Part shown: positions 42,101-53,620 of the stretch, in pieces | How the letters are laid out: each line of letters opens with the position of its first letter | Numbering within the stretch: position 1 is the stretch's first letter | NCBI RefSeq assembly: GCF_009834535.1 | Contig: NC_045697.1 | Span: 38,752,001-38,816,000, forward strand | Origin: Camelus ferus | Taxonomy: Eukaryota | Direction: 5' to 3' | Length of the DNA: 64,000 nucleotides | Program-made: the position numbers and the translations under genes | The notes under the pieces: generated by a model | Database searches by the model: none | Seen by the model: only the letters and a program-made list of their open reading frames with translations | What the model was told of the DNA's origin: nothing

Positions 42101-45100
42101 GTCCTGAACATCTCCTTCCTGTGTTAATCCAAGCTGCCCAGCTCTGCCGTGAAAAGCAGCATATGAAAGCAATAGAGCTGCTCCAGGTAAAACAATTACT
42201 TGAATTTTAAATGAGATGTCAGGTAGTTGCAACCTTGCTTCATTTTCATTATGTTACAACAGTGTACATAGAAGTTTGTAAATTTCATGGGACAACTAAT
42301 AGGTAATGTGTATACCACTAGACGAATCCCAGAGTAGCGCTGTAGTCAATTCTTGGGCTGCAGCTTTTGTTTATATAAATTTGCATTAGTAAATATTTGC
42401 CATAAACCCCGAAGAATGCTTTTCATTTGGAGATTGATTTAACATGAAGTTAAGGGTTTGCTTTAGATTTAAAATACTAGAACAAACTTTACCCCCTTTT
42501 CACTAATGTATTCTCTAAGTCCCAGTTCAAAACCTCAGACAGTTACAGAGATACTGACTTGGTTTTTATCCAGACCAGCTGTTAAATCACATGTTTGAAT
42601 TTCCTGAGGGTAGAATACATTGGAAGTGAATACATTGGTAGAATACATTGGTAGAATAAGTTGGACAGTGTAAAATTAGGACCATCTTGAGGGCAAAGTT
42701 GCCTAGCGGGGGACCCTTAGTAAGGAGTCATCATTTATTTGAGTATCTTTCTTTAAAAAAAAAAAAATCTATGTAGTAATCTCAATTATTATTTCTCTAC
42801 TGATGACTTCCTAGAAACTTGACATCATTGCACTTACTTTCAGAGCATAATTTTAAAGCAAAGTGGATGTTGAATAAAATTTTTCCAAAGTTAAAATTTT
42901 GACCTGAAACCAGAAGTTTAATATTTTAAAACTGGATTTAAAATTTAATGAAGCTGAGGCCGAGATAAGTAATTAGAATGCGTGCATTTAGTTGTATAAA
43001 TTAAATGTGATTTTTTTTTTCCCCCAACTAAAAAAATTTTAGGAATTTTCAGATCAGCATCCAGAAAATGCTGCTGAAATTAAGCTGACCATGGCACAGC
43101 TGAAAATTTCCCAAGGTATTCATGATTATTTCATCATGATTAAAATATTTTAATGGAAACATACGGTTGGAATGATTCTGAAGTAATTGTGAACTATGAT
43201 TTGTAAAACCTTTGCATAATAGTAAAGTATAATTATTGCTGTTTCAAACATGAAGCTAGATTGCGTGAGCTCCAGCACATTTTGTAGTGAGTTAGTAAGC
43301 CTTTTTCTTGGGTTATCCCTGTGTAGACTGTTTCTAAATCTGTTCCTTGAAAGCTTTTAGAAGGAAAAGAATGCCTCTGTTCCATGCTTAAGTTTCCTGG
43401 GTGTGTCATGTCACCTGGTAGTATTTGCATGAAATAAGGGTTACTTTGCATCCTAGTAGTCAATATTTCTTTGCTGTTTATTCTTCATTTATACTTTACA
43501 ATCCATATCTTTGGTAGAGAAGAGGCAAGGAAATTTAATGAGAACTGACATTTTTGAATCTTACAGAAAACTGCTAGCATTTTTGCACCAGCCCTGAGTA
43601 TCTAGAGCTGTGCTGTACGTATTTGGTAGCCACTATCCATATGTAGCTATTTTAAGTTAAATTAAAATTAACTGAAATTTAAAATTCAGTGCCTCAGTTG
43701 TGCTGGCAACATTTCAGAAGTTTTATAGCCACTTGTGACTGGTTGGACAGCATAGAAACAGATGTTTCCATTGTCACAGAAAGTTCTGTCACACAGCTGT
43801 TATCGGCCATGCATTCTCAATAGGGGTGATTGGTTTGGTGGGAGCAGGGGGTGGAAAAAATCTTAGATATTATGATGACTGAAGTGAAAATTTCATGGAT
43901 ACGGTAGAGGGGAGTTGGCAATTAGGGGGAAAAATGTGTAAAAAGGCTCCTTAGTAGGTTAGTAATGGAAACCAGATTGAGACCAGCCTACCCTGTTTTC
44001 ACATTTCTTACCTCCCTCCTTTGTTTCTCTTTTCTTTTCCCACCTTGCTTTCTTCTTTTTCTTGTTTTCCACTTTATCTTTTCTCATCCAGTTTTCAGTT
44101 TATTTTTGCGAGGATTATTTATCATATTAAAATTATGGAGAGTGAGTCTGTAATGGTTTTTGTTTGTTTTGTTTTGTCTTTAAAGACTTTGGAAGGGTTA
44201 AGTTATTGAGGTCTGCAATGAGTGGAAAATCAGAATTTTAACACTGTAGGAAATTTTCCATTGCACTCATATCTACAGTAACGTATTTCAAGGCCTTTAG
44301 GGAAGGACTCCTACCTTTAAGTTACAGTCTGAAGAAGGAGAAATAGAACTCAATAGACTGTGAATCGGGAGACTTCTTTTCTGGTAGCAGCTCTGCCATT
44401 AACTTTGTGGGCATAAGCAAGGTATAGTGTTTCTTTAGGACTCAATTTCCTTTATTTGTAAAATGAGTAAATAGAATACATTATTCCCAAGGTCCCAAAG
44501 CTTGAGTATTTAGAGATGTTACAAAATTTGACTCTTAAATTTCTTGTCTTTTTCTTCAGTGTGATGTTGATTTTGTTTTTAATCTCATAAGGTAATATTT
44601 CCAAAGCATGTCTAATATTGAGAAGCATAGAGGAGTTAAAGCATAAACCAGGCATGGTGAGTTTATAACTAAAATATTATAAGACTGAAATGTCATGGAG
44701 TTAATAGTCCATTGATATGTGTGACATTTTTTTGTTTTCACTTTAATTTCTTCTGCATTTTTTATATACTCATAACGTAGTAGCAGTAGGTAGGATAGTA
44801 ACAATTTTCTGGTGTAAGTTTAATTTCATTTTATGCTCTGCTTTGCATTGATTATTTAGTCAAATGTGTCAGGCGCTACAGGCACTACTTGGGCCTTATA
44901 TTACCACTGAAAGCCACCCTTAAATAAACTAAGACATATATAGTGAATTTCTCAGCCTAAATTATTTTATCATGTCTTTAGTATGATTTTTTTGAGCTAA
45001 AACAATTTAGTAAAAGTGGCCAATGAATTTAATTTTTAGTTCTCTGATTATTCAAGCATCACAGGCTTAGATCACTAATAAAGCTGTGAACACATCTGTT

Positions 45101-48100
45101 TCCAAGTAAAGACTGATTCTGTAGTGGTGGTATGTGCATTTATGTACAGGGACTGTTTTACCCTCTAGCTTGTCTACAGTTGACACTTGGTAAATGTGTA
45201 ATAGTGTTATGGTAGTGCTTTCGGGCTATAATTACATTATGTTAGAATCAAATATACCATATGGCTGAAAATGTTTCATCTTGGTTGTTGGATTTATTGA
45301 TGTAAAAGTCACTCAGATATTCCCTATTTATTCTTTTAGTACTTGTAGAACATTTTGTTCCTGTTATTATTTGTTCTCTTCTTTTCCTACTTAGTCTGGT
45401 TTATTAATTTTATTGATTTTTCTCAATGATCCAGCTTTTTGTTTCTGTTTCCCTTTTTGTCCTTATTTCCTGTTGCTCCTCCCCTTCTTGCTCCACTCCA
45501 GCCACATAGGCCTTGTTACTGTCCCTCTGACACACTAGGCAAGCTTTCACTGGCTTTCTGTAGCTGAGGCCACATGGAGCTCAGCATGGGAGTTCAGCCA
45601 TGCTAGTTCACCTCAGTGATCACATCTTGGATGTCTCAGCAATGTCTTATTATATAAACTGATTTTCTAAGCATTTATTATAAACTTCTGTACTTGTTGT
45701 GGACTGGTTAACAGACTGTGAACTGGCACTGCTTAAGGGGAAAGGTATTTTTTATAGATAAACACCATTGTTGTTTATGGTATTTCTAGTCATTGTGCTC
45801 TAGCAATTTTTATGAATTAAGCACTAGTCGAGAGCCTAATGACCTTTTTTTGCTATTCAATGTTTTTCATTTTCAAAAAGCTTATCCTGAGAGGGAAGGA
45901 GGAATGCTATTTACTAATTTATACCTTTGGCTGGATAGGTGTCTGCATTAGTGACGATGTATAGCCATGAGGAAGATATTGACAGTGCCATTGAAGTCTT
46001 CACACAAGCTATCCAGTGGTATCAAAACCGTCAGGTAAAAATGTTGAGGGCATGTTTTTACATAAAAATAAAAAGCTGTAGTAGTGAACTCAAAATTAAT
46101 GAGATTGAAACATTGCAACTCTTTAAAAGATGGCATGCTATTAGACCGTCTTTCAGTTTTTAAGTATACCAGATCCCAATAAAGTTATTAGAAGTAAGAA
46201 ATAGCTGCAAAATGAAAAAAATATGCTCAGTTATGTTTTCTGAAGCTCCTTCCTCTGTTGTGTGTGTGTACAGGTGTTTGTATGTGTAATCTCAAGAAAT
46301 AAGAATAATTGTACATGATTGCATATAAGTGATGTCATGGATGATAGTAATTGGTAGAACAGCAGTACATAGAATAATTGTGTATTATATCTCCATCTAA
46401 TAGGAACATCTTTATTTTTTCCAGTATAGGTCTCTGCATAGGCAATATTCAGCTTTTAGATATACATATACACAGGTAGCATTTATACTGTTAGCACTAT
46501 TAGCTGTGAGGAAATACCAGTGTTCTGGGAAGTATGTTAAATTAATGTTTGAGAAATACGGTGACATAACTTTAAAACTTGATTATGGGGGAATATTTCT
46601 AGTTTTAGACCAGATAGTCTAAGTAGAGATAGGTTGCATTCCAAACTCATAAATTGATCAACATTTGTAATAATTTGTCTATCCAGCTCTCTCTGTGTGT
46701 GTGAATTTGTTTTTTGTTGTTTAATGCATTCAGTAAAACTTAAGATGAGAAATTTAATGGATTGGTCCATTTTAAAGACCTAGTGACATTGACTTGCTAG
46801 ATATTTAGCTTGTAACTTTTTTTCCTCTCTTTTTATTAAACGTATAGCCCAAATCTCCTGCTCATTTGTCCTTGGTAAGGGAAGCTGCGAACTTCAAACT
46901 CAAATATGGGCGGAAGAAGGAGGCAATTAGTGACCTAGAACAGCTATGGAAGTAAGCTCTGGAAGGTGGAGGTGTAGAAATCCAAGTTTTATTGCTCTTC
47001 TTTGATATGAGGGAGTTATTTTCCTTGTTTATGTTACTTTCTCCAGTTTTATAAACTGTTCAGTAACTTTCTTATTTCTTCTTTTAGACAGAATCCAAAA
47101 GATATTCACACCTTGGCACAGCTTATTTCTGCGTACTCACTCGTAGATCCTGAGAAGGCAAAAGCGTATCCTTTTGATTGTTCCAGATAACTCCCAAGTG
47201 CACACTAGATATCGTCCCTTACCTGTTTTGACCATGGCCATTTCTAAATTTCAGCAAACAAAACCCTTCCTTTAAGTAGTAAAAGCAAAAATGAGAATTT
47301 ATTGATCAATGTGGCTGAAAATATAGTGATAGATCCAACTTGGGGTACAGTTTCATCCACAAGCAAAAATGAAATCAACAGGAATGCAGCTTGTATCTCT
47401 CCAGGTTCAAGCAGAGCAGCAAAGAAAAAAGAAGAAAACGCATATTTTATTTAGGTAGTTGTACATGATTCTGAAATGTCATTCTGATTGAACAGTCTTA
47501 GGTCACATCTCAAACAATTACTGATGGTAGGAGGGGATTTGGTGCCCTGATTGGCTGAGTTTGGACCATGTGTGCTACTCCAAATTTCCTTGGTGTTCCC
47601 AAAACTAAGGTGAGATGGTGGATGCTAAGCAGCCACAAGTCAAAAGCTTCTGCATTGAGCAAGTCTGTGTTTTGTAAGCTTGATAGTTGTTTTGCAGTGG
47701 AGTTTTCATTAAGCCACCACCTTGAAGTACATCACTGAACTAAGGAATGGATGATTAGATTATGACTCTTTTCTCAAATTCTTCTTTCATGATACATGAT
47801 CTATAATTGACCTTATGACCTGCTGATTTATTATTCTATAGAAGATTTAAGAACCTTTTTTTGCTTTTGATGAAAGGCACCCAAAAAAGACTGTTTTTCT
47901 TTTGTCATGAGTATATTGGTAGACGTATATATGTATATATAATGTGTTCCTAAACTCCTGTATTATCCCAGTCTTAGTAAACATTTGCCCTCGTCAGATA
48001 GTATGTCTCTCAAAGTAGATGTTGAGGCTCTTGAAAATTCTCCTGGTGCTACGTACATTCGGAAGAAGGGTGGAAAAGTTGCTGGAGATAGTCAACCAAA

Positions 48101-51100
48101 GGAGCAAGGGTAATGTTTTTCATTGTAACATCCACCAGTGCTGATTTTAAGTTATATAAGAAATTTAAAAAATGCATTCTCATAAAAATTCCATGTGAAT
48201 AAAGTTTAAGTCCCCTTTGCTACTTTTCCCTTCTCTTTCTGTGCTCAGCTTTTTGTCCTTGTTTCCCCCCTTCCTCCCTACTCAGAATTAACCTCCAGTA
48301 CTAATTTAGTGTAGATACTTCCAGATCTTTTTCTTTGTGTTTACACACAGCTGATTTAGAAATATTTTTAGATTAGATTATTTTTTATTTTTTACAGAAA
48401 CGGGATTGTACTGTATTTAACTGTTTTTGAACTTTCTTTCATTTACTAAGTCTGAGAGATTTTTCCATATTCTCAATGTAGACGTACTCTTTTTTTGCAT
48501 AGTATTCCACAGGCTAGATATGCCCTACTTCACCTGTGCGTTATTGACGTACCTTTAGTACGTCATTTAACATTCTAAACCAGAGTTCAGGTGAGGTTTA
48601 TTTTGCTGATCGGGAGGAAAAGTTAGCCAGCTTTGGTAACTTAGAAGAAGTCAAATTCTGATTCTTTCCTTGTTCTCCCTACATTGCTGTCTCAAAAACA
48701 ACAGAGGCCTACTAAATAAAATATTTCAGGATTCTGTTTTTGACTCAGGATGAATAGAGACTGAAAGAGAGAGAACACTTCCCCAGCTTTGTGACTTTAA
48801 TAATTTTTCACTATTTTTCCCTTTTTTAATGACTTGTGAAATCTAATTTTTCCTAACTTGAAAAATGTATCAGTGATAGTATATGATTGATTTCATTATG
48901 AACTCTGTGTTTGGTAAAAATGTATTATCCTAATAGATTTTAAAAAGGTAAATAAGGGATTGGCGTCTCAGAGATACTGTATTGGTCTGGATTCCATTTC
49001 ATCATGATCTCAATTTCAAGCTTTATCAAGAACCCCAAAATAATAAATTCAAGCCAGATCTTAAGAGAATTTTCAAATAATGCCTATTTAAATATTTTCA
49101 GTATTTTTTCCCCTCTTCCAGTACAGGGCTGGATAATTAGTAAGAACATACAGTTCTTTTTTAATCCTTTAATCTTCTTTCCCTTTCCCTTAGACAGATT
49201 ATTAAGACGTAGATTGACTTTAAAGCTTCTCAGTTTTAGCACTGTATTTTCATTAGGCATTATTAGTGCCTTTTACGCTGACTTCTGAATACAAAGATTT
49301 AGTTTCTTTTGAAGACATACTATATTGTTGACAAAAGAAAATTCATTGTCCTTGCCCTCAAAAAAACTCTCAATCTAGCAGGAAGGAAATATATTTAAGC
49401 ATTAATTGAAATAAAGGTTGCATGTGCTACGACTGTGCAGGCATAGAGGAGTGTACCAGAGGGAAAAGTCCTTCCTGGGGACAGTGGAAGGTTAGGAAAG
49501 GCTTCAGGGAGGAGAGGATTGTGTTGACTCTAGAGAAGATGAGGATGAGGTAGGCAAAGTGTGAGCAAAGCAAAGAAGTAAGAAATGGCAGAGAATCTTC
49601 GGGAAATTGTAAGTACTGCTGTGGAGTATGATTTACTAGGAGACGATTCAGAAGACTATTGAAAAGAGAGATGAAGCTCCGAAGTAAGACACTGTATGTT
49701 GCATTTCTTACTCTTCAGGGTACCCCGAAAGAACTGTCACTGTTGAAAGACTTGGTAGAATGGAGTTCGGGCAGAAATTATTGTCTCATCTTTTAGTTTG
49801 CTGCTTCGTAGTTCCCATAGAGGTATATCACATATGAGTATGTCCTGAGATACTTGTTACGTCTTCATCTTTCCTACTGTAGCTCTCAGAGTACTTAACA
49901 GTTATTTTCAAGTGTTTTCTTGATTTTTTTATGCTCTTCCAGTACCTTTTTTTTCAGTGTATTTAATAAAGATTTTACTTTAAAAAAATTCAATAAACTC
50001 ACAAATTTCAAAACTTGAAAGATAATAAAGTACAGAGTATAAATTCTTTCTTCTCACCCTGTCTGCCCTCTTCCCTCCCAAGGCCATAAATCCAGTATTA
50101 CTTGTCTTGCATATCCTCCAAGAAATATTCTTTGCATGTATTCCACCTATACATGTTCTTCTGACAAAGAATTACAATTATTTTCTAGTTTTGCCAAATA
50201 TAAGGTAACTTACCATAGAACTGTGGATTTTCGTGCTTGTACAGATTTCTTACCTTTTTGCATAGACTTAATATGTGCCAGTGTAAATGGTATCTATTTT
50301 CTGAAAACAGTTGTCACCCCTCTTTTCTAAACCACCTTCTAAAAACTGTAGTGTATGAAGCTTGCTTAAATTGAATCTGAATTGATATCCCAACTAGTTA
50401 ACAGCTTTGGTGAGGTGGCACCAAATCTTAAACCCCTTTATGATGAAGTGCCCAGCTCACTCTTTTGAACATGCTTCATGCTGTATAAATATTTTATCAC
50501 AGTGATGGTAATGATTTTTATTCTCTTTGTAGACAGGGAGATTTGAAAAAAAAGAAGAAAAAAAAGAAGGGTAAGACTTTTTTTTAAGTCTTTAGATTCT
50601 TTTCTATAAGATAAAAACTTGAATTTAGTCCTACGTAGAAATCTTTAGACATAAATATACTGTCCTCTTGTATCTATGAATACTGAACTTTGTCTCGATT
50701 ATAGCTAACATTTATTTAATTTTGTAACTTTAAAGAGTGCAGTTCTGAAGTTTGAGTGCCTGAATTCAAATTGTTGCTCTAGTAACATTGCTCTTTTGCT
50801 GGGACTGTGAACAGGTCTGTAACATACCTGCCTGAGTTTTTCAGCTGTGAAGTGGAATATGATGGTGTATACCTCATAGGATTAAATAAGTTATTACATG
50901 TAAAGCTCTTAGAACAGTGCCTGGCACACCATAAGCCTTTATACATTAGGGAGCTTTTGGCTACAAGTATCATAGAACTCCATGAGACTAGCTTAAGAAA
51001 ATTTATTGTTTATGAAACTGGCAGTGTAGAGGAAGGTTAGCATCAAGGTCGGTTTATCCGGTAGTTGTATCTCTTTGTTCTACTTTACTCAAAACTGGAC

Positions 51101-52431
51101 CCATTACGGTAATCAGATGTTTGTTGGAAACAGGGCCACCTACTTGTCATTTCCATCCATCAGGACATAGAGAGCCTTTCTGCACTTGGCAAGCCTTTCC
51201 CATTAATCTGATTGGGCCAACATAGGTCAGTGTCCGGCCATGAATCACTAACCATGGGAATGCCATGCATTCATAGGTTTAGGCTGTCTTAATCCAGGGC
51301 AAAAGTGGGTAAAATTATACAAATAAAACTTTCTCAGAGAAACTTATTTCACTTTTAATGTTTTTTTATTCCCAGGCTTGGGCACAGTGTTTAAACAGAC
51401 TGTCTTAGAAGCATTATGGGCAGACCTCTCATTTCTTTATCAATTAATTGTTACACAGGAAAACTGCCTAAGAATTATGACCCAAAAGTGACCCCAGATC
51501 CAGAAAGATGGCTACCAATGCGTGAACGTTCTTACTACCGGGGAAGAAAGAAGGGTAAAAAGAAGGATCAGATTGGAAAAGGGACCCAGGGAGCGACTGC
51601 AGGAGCTTCATCTGAACTGTAAGACATTGCTCCCCAGTTGAAGTCCCTCAGTGCGTAGACTGCTTTCTGAGATTGACTCAGGGTCATTAGTAAGAATTTT
51701 TAAAACACATTTTCAGTATGAGAAGTATAGTCAGATTATCTTTAATAAATGTTTTGTAGCATGCTTATTATGTAAAGGAAAGAAAATGTATTGTTTCTGG
51801 TTTGGTTATATTGTAAATACTAGAATTAGAAGATTGTATTGTAAATATTAGGACTACAGTACTTTCAGAAGGAAACTAAATACGTGGAGTCATTCAACTA
51901 ACTAAATATCTAGGTAAACAGATATAAATAAATAATGTGACTAGAAAGCAGAATTTAAAATTTTCTAAATAACTTATTTCTAATGGTAAGATTGTAGGTC
52001 ATTAAAATTTTCTTTATTTTCTAAGCTTTCCAAAAATTGGCACGTGCAGTCTATTACTTTTTTAAAAATTATAAAGCAGTAAAAATTTTATTCAAAAGAA
52101 AAATGGATAGGGAGTTGGGGAACCCACCTTAAAAGAAATAGACTATGTGTAGGAGATTGTGAGGTGTGGAAAGTGAAATCCATGTACAGAAATTTTTATA
52201 GCTTTTTGTTGAATATATGAATGACCAACACTGTGCTGATCTGATGATTTCAGGGATGCCAGTAAAACTGTGAGCAGCCCACCCACCTCCCCAAGACCTG
52301 GCAGTGCAGCAACAGCATCTACATCTACAAGTAATATCATACCCCCAAGACACCAGAAACCTGCAGGGGCTCCAGCGACAAAGAAGAAGCAGCAACAGAA
52401 AAAGAAGAAAGGTGGAAAAGGTGGCTGGTGA
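29564..52431 (+). CDS. SRP72: Signal recognition particle subunit SRP72, full span of 19 coding exons, 671 aa
   Basis: Exon lengths sum to 2016 nt with compatible phases. TPR-rich N-terminal part, RNA-binding motif PDPERWLPMRERSYY, C-terminus KKKKGGKGGW*. Confidence 0.98.
31548..31668 (+). CDS. SRP72: SRP72 exon 2
   Basis: LQINKDDVTALHCKVVCLIQNGSFKEALNVINTHTKVLA|GTAAGT. Confidence 0.96.
33358..33481 (+). CDS. SRP72: SRP72 exon 3
   Basis: NSLSFEKAYCEYRLNRIENALKTIESANQQTDKLKELYGQV|GTAATT. Confidence 0.96.
34776..34919 (+). CDS. SRP72: SRP72 exon 4
   Basis: LYRLERYDECLAVYRDLVRNSQDDYDEERKTNLSAVVAAQSNWEKVVP|GTGAGT. Confidence 0.96.
34998..35109 (+). CDS. SRP72: SRP72 exon 5
   Basis: ENLGLQEGTHELCYNAACALIGQGQLNQAMKILQKAE|GTTGGA; preceded by a 78-nt intron. 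Confidence 0.95.
36400..36464 (-). mobile_element. Truncated Vic-1-like SINE (3' half)
   Basis: ggaggggaagtaattagatttattttaatggaggtactgaggattaaacc matches the tail of the copy at 60809-60953. Confidence 0.7.
36784..36815 (+). CDS. SRP72: SRP72 exon 6 (32 nt)
   Basis: ctacag|DLCRRSLSEDS|GTAAGT. Confidence 0.94.
38067..38191 (+). CDS. SRP72: SRP72 exon 7
   Basis: DGTEEDPQAELAIIHGQMAYILQLQGRTEEALQLYNQIIKL|GTGAGT. Confidence 0.96.
38285..38342 (+). CDS. SRP72: SRP72 exon 8
   Basis: PTDVALLAVIANNIITINK|GTATGG. Confidence 0.95.
38890..39068 (+). mobile_element. LINE-1 3' fragment with poly(A)
   Basis: aacaaggtcctactgta...gaatcactctgctgtataccagaaac...aactatacttcaattAAAA; imperfect TSD AGTACTGAACT / AGTACTGTACT. 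Confidence 0.8.
39846..39959 (+). mobile_element. Vic-1-like SINE with a small internal deletion
   Basis: GGGTACAGCTCAG/GCTTAGCATGTACAAGGTCCTAGGATCAATCCCTAGTACCTCC; TSD TAAATTCTTGT 39834-39844 and 39960-39970. Confidence 0.85.
41044..41175 (+). CDS. SRP72: SRP72 exon 9
   Basis: DQNVFDSKKKVKLTNAEGVEFKLSKKQLQAIEFNKALLAMYTNQ|GTAGGT. Confidence 0.96.
42058..42186 (+). CDS. SRP72: SRP72 exon 10
   Basis: AEQCRKISASLQSQSPEHLLPVLIQAAQLCREKQHMKAIELLQ|GTAAAA. Confidence 0.96.
43043..43115 (+). CDS. SRP72: SRP72 exon 11
   Basis: EFSDQHPENAAEIKLTMAQLKISQ|GTATTC. Confidence 0.95.
43607..43798. mobile_element. MER3-like hAT DNA transposon fossil
   Basis: gctgtgctgt...ggtagccact...aaatttaaaattcagt...ttggacagca...cacagaaagttct. 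Confidence 0.75.
44592..44656 (+). CDS. SRP72: SRP72 exon 12
   Basis: cataag|GNISKACLILRSIEELKHKPGM|GTGAGT. Confidence 0.95.
45939..46034 (+). CDS. SRP72: SRP72 exon 13
   Basis: VSALVTMYSHEEDIDSAIEVFTQAIQWYQNRQ|GTAAAA. Confidence 0.96.
46848..46951 (+). CDS. SRP72: SRP72 exon 14
   Basis: PKSPAHLSLVREAANFKLKYGRKKEAISDLEQLW|GTAAGC. Confidence 0.96.
47088..47165 (+). CDS. SRP72: SRP72 exon 15
   Basis: QNPKDIHTLAQLISAYSLVDPEKAK|GTATCCTTTT (U12 donor). Confidence 0.95.
47166..47971 (+). other. U12-type (minor spliceosome) GT-AG intron 15 of SRP72
   Basis: 5' site GTATCCTTTT; branch sequence TTCCTAAAC at 47947-47955, 16 nt from the 3' CAG. Confidence 0.92.
47255..47640. mobile_element. MLT1-type (ERVL-MaLR) LTR remnant inside the U12 intron
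   Basis: gaatttattg...tctgattgaacagtcttaggtcacat...ctgattggctg motifs. Confidence 0.5.
47972..48109 (+). CDS. SRP72: SRP72 exon 16
   Basis: LSKHLPSSDSMSLKVDVEALENSPGATYIRKKGGKVAGDSQPKEQ|GTAATG. Confidence 0.95.
50533..50570 (+). CDS. SRP72: SRP72 exon 17 (38 nt, poly-Lys)
   Basis: tgtag|[18 protein letters not shown]. Confidence 0.94.
50945..51300. mobile_element. MLT1-type LTR remnant (MIR precedes at about 50735-50930)
   Basis: ttggctacaagt...actagcttaag...atttattg...ctgattgggccaacataggtca. Confidence 0.55.
51459..51618 (+). CDS. SRP72: SRP72 exon 18 (SRP RNA-binding motif)
   Basis: KLPKNYDPKVTPDPERWLPMRERSYYRGRKKGKKKDQIGKGTQGATAGASSE|GTAAGA. Confidence 0.97.
52254..52431 (+). CDS. SRP72: SRP72 exon 19 (last coding exon)
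   Basis: DASKTVSSPPTSPRPGS...KKKQQQKKKKGGKGGW, stop TGA 52429-52431. Confidence 0.96.
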
Positions 52432-53614
52432 TTAGAACATTCTTGTTGTAGGCTATTTTTAAACTAGTCTCAGTAATACTAGGGACATAATAAAGGTAAC
52501 ACAGCAAGAAGCACAGAGCTGCTCCCTCTCCCATCCCCACATTTTCATAAAATTATTTTTTTGTGCATCAAACAGGAAAACATCTTCCTGGAACTCTTAC
52601 CTAGTCAGATTTGGCCTACTTGGTACCACTTGCTTTGCACAGATGATGACTCAAAATAATTGGGCATTTAGTCACTTTGATAACTATTGTATCCTTTCTC
52701 TTTGTGTGCTGATCTGGTGTTTTTTTTCAATTTCACGAACAAGGCATGTTATCCAAGGTTTCCTAGGATATAAACAGAAACTACTTCTGCTTCAACTAGA
52801 GTCTGAAGATACTTATTCTATCAAGTTTCAATTAAATTATGTTTTAGGAGGCCTTAGGGGACAAAGTGGAGTCTTCTGAGCATTCCAAACACCTGCTTGG
52901 AAATAGCATGCGATAAAAAGGGACCTTATTAATACACTGGTGTTCTTCACTTCATTACATGAGTGGCCACAGGAAAACTAAAGTAAATGTCTTGATTATT
53001 CCGACTGTAAATTCTGTCATATGATACTGGAATATGGAATGCTATATATATTATATATATATAATATATAGCACATATATGTAAATTAGGACTTCTTTGT
53101 GCCCCCATTTCATTTTCAAATTATGGTACCATTATGCCGACTTAGCACCATCAAAGATTTCAAAGAAAATATATCAGTGTTGCAAGAAGTTGACTCTTAG
53201 ACCCAGTGTTCTGAGGTCAGATGGATTTGGACTGCTTCAGTCAGAAAGATTTAAATGGCCTCTATCAAGAGCATTAAGTGTTAACTTCCTACATAGAGAG
53301 GAAATCAATACCAGAGTTCAGGAGTAGGCAGTGTTAAAACTTAACAAAACTGGCCCAGTTATTATGTCTCAAATGACTCTTCTTTCTAGTTGGGGGTATG
53401 ACCATTCATTACCCTTCTCAAAGTAATGAAGTATTGTAGTCAGCCTGTGATGTCACTGTCGCTCTTGTCTTGCCTTGTTTTCTTTCCCATTGAACAGCTA
53501 TGAGACACATACTGGGATGCCCACCTTTCTTAGTTTTCATTTTATGCTGCCCAGGATAGCATTCACCTTAGACTTAAGAGTATTTCCTTGTGGTCATATT
53601 TCTCTGTCCTTGTT

Positions 53615-53620
53615 AATAAA
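53615..53620 (+). terminator. Candidate proximal poly(A) signal of SRP72
   Basis: AATAAA in the 3' UTR. Confidence 0.55.

Noticed and set aside
42611..42658. Short tandem repeats (GTAGAATACATTG-like); similar small duplications at 9087-9113, 19032-19110, 40936-40972
   Set aside because: Local slippage duplications with no spacer structure; not CRISPR-like and no sign of function.
52218..52248. TGATGA/CTGA motifs near the SRP72 exon 19 acceptor suggesting a C/D snoRNA
   Set aside because: Boxes in the wrong order and spacing, no terminal stem, and overlapping the branch region.
52429..52435. Possible stop-codon readthrough context TGA-TTAG in SRP72
   Set aside because: Does not match the TGA-CTAG readthrough motif.
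53041..53072. Near-palindromic AT tract in the SRP72 3' UTR
   Set aside because: Self-complementarity follows trivially from a (TA)n origin.
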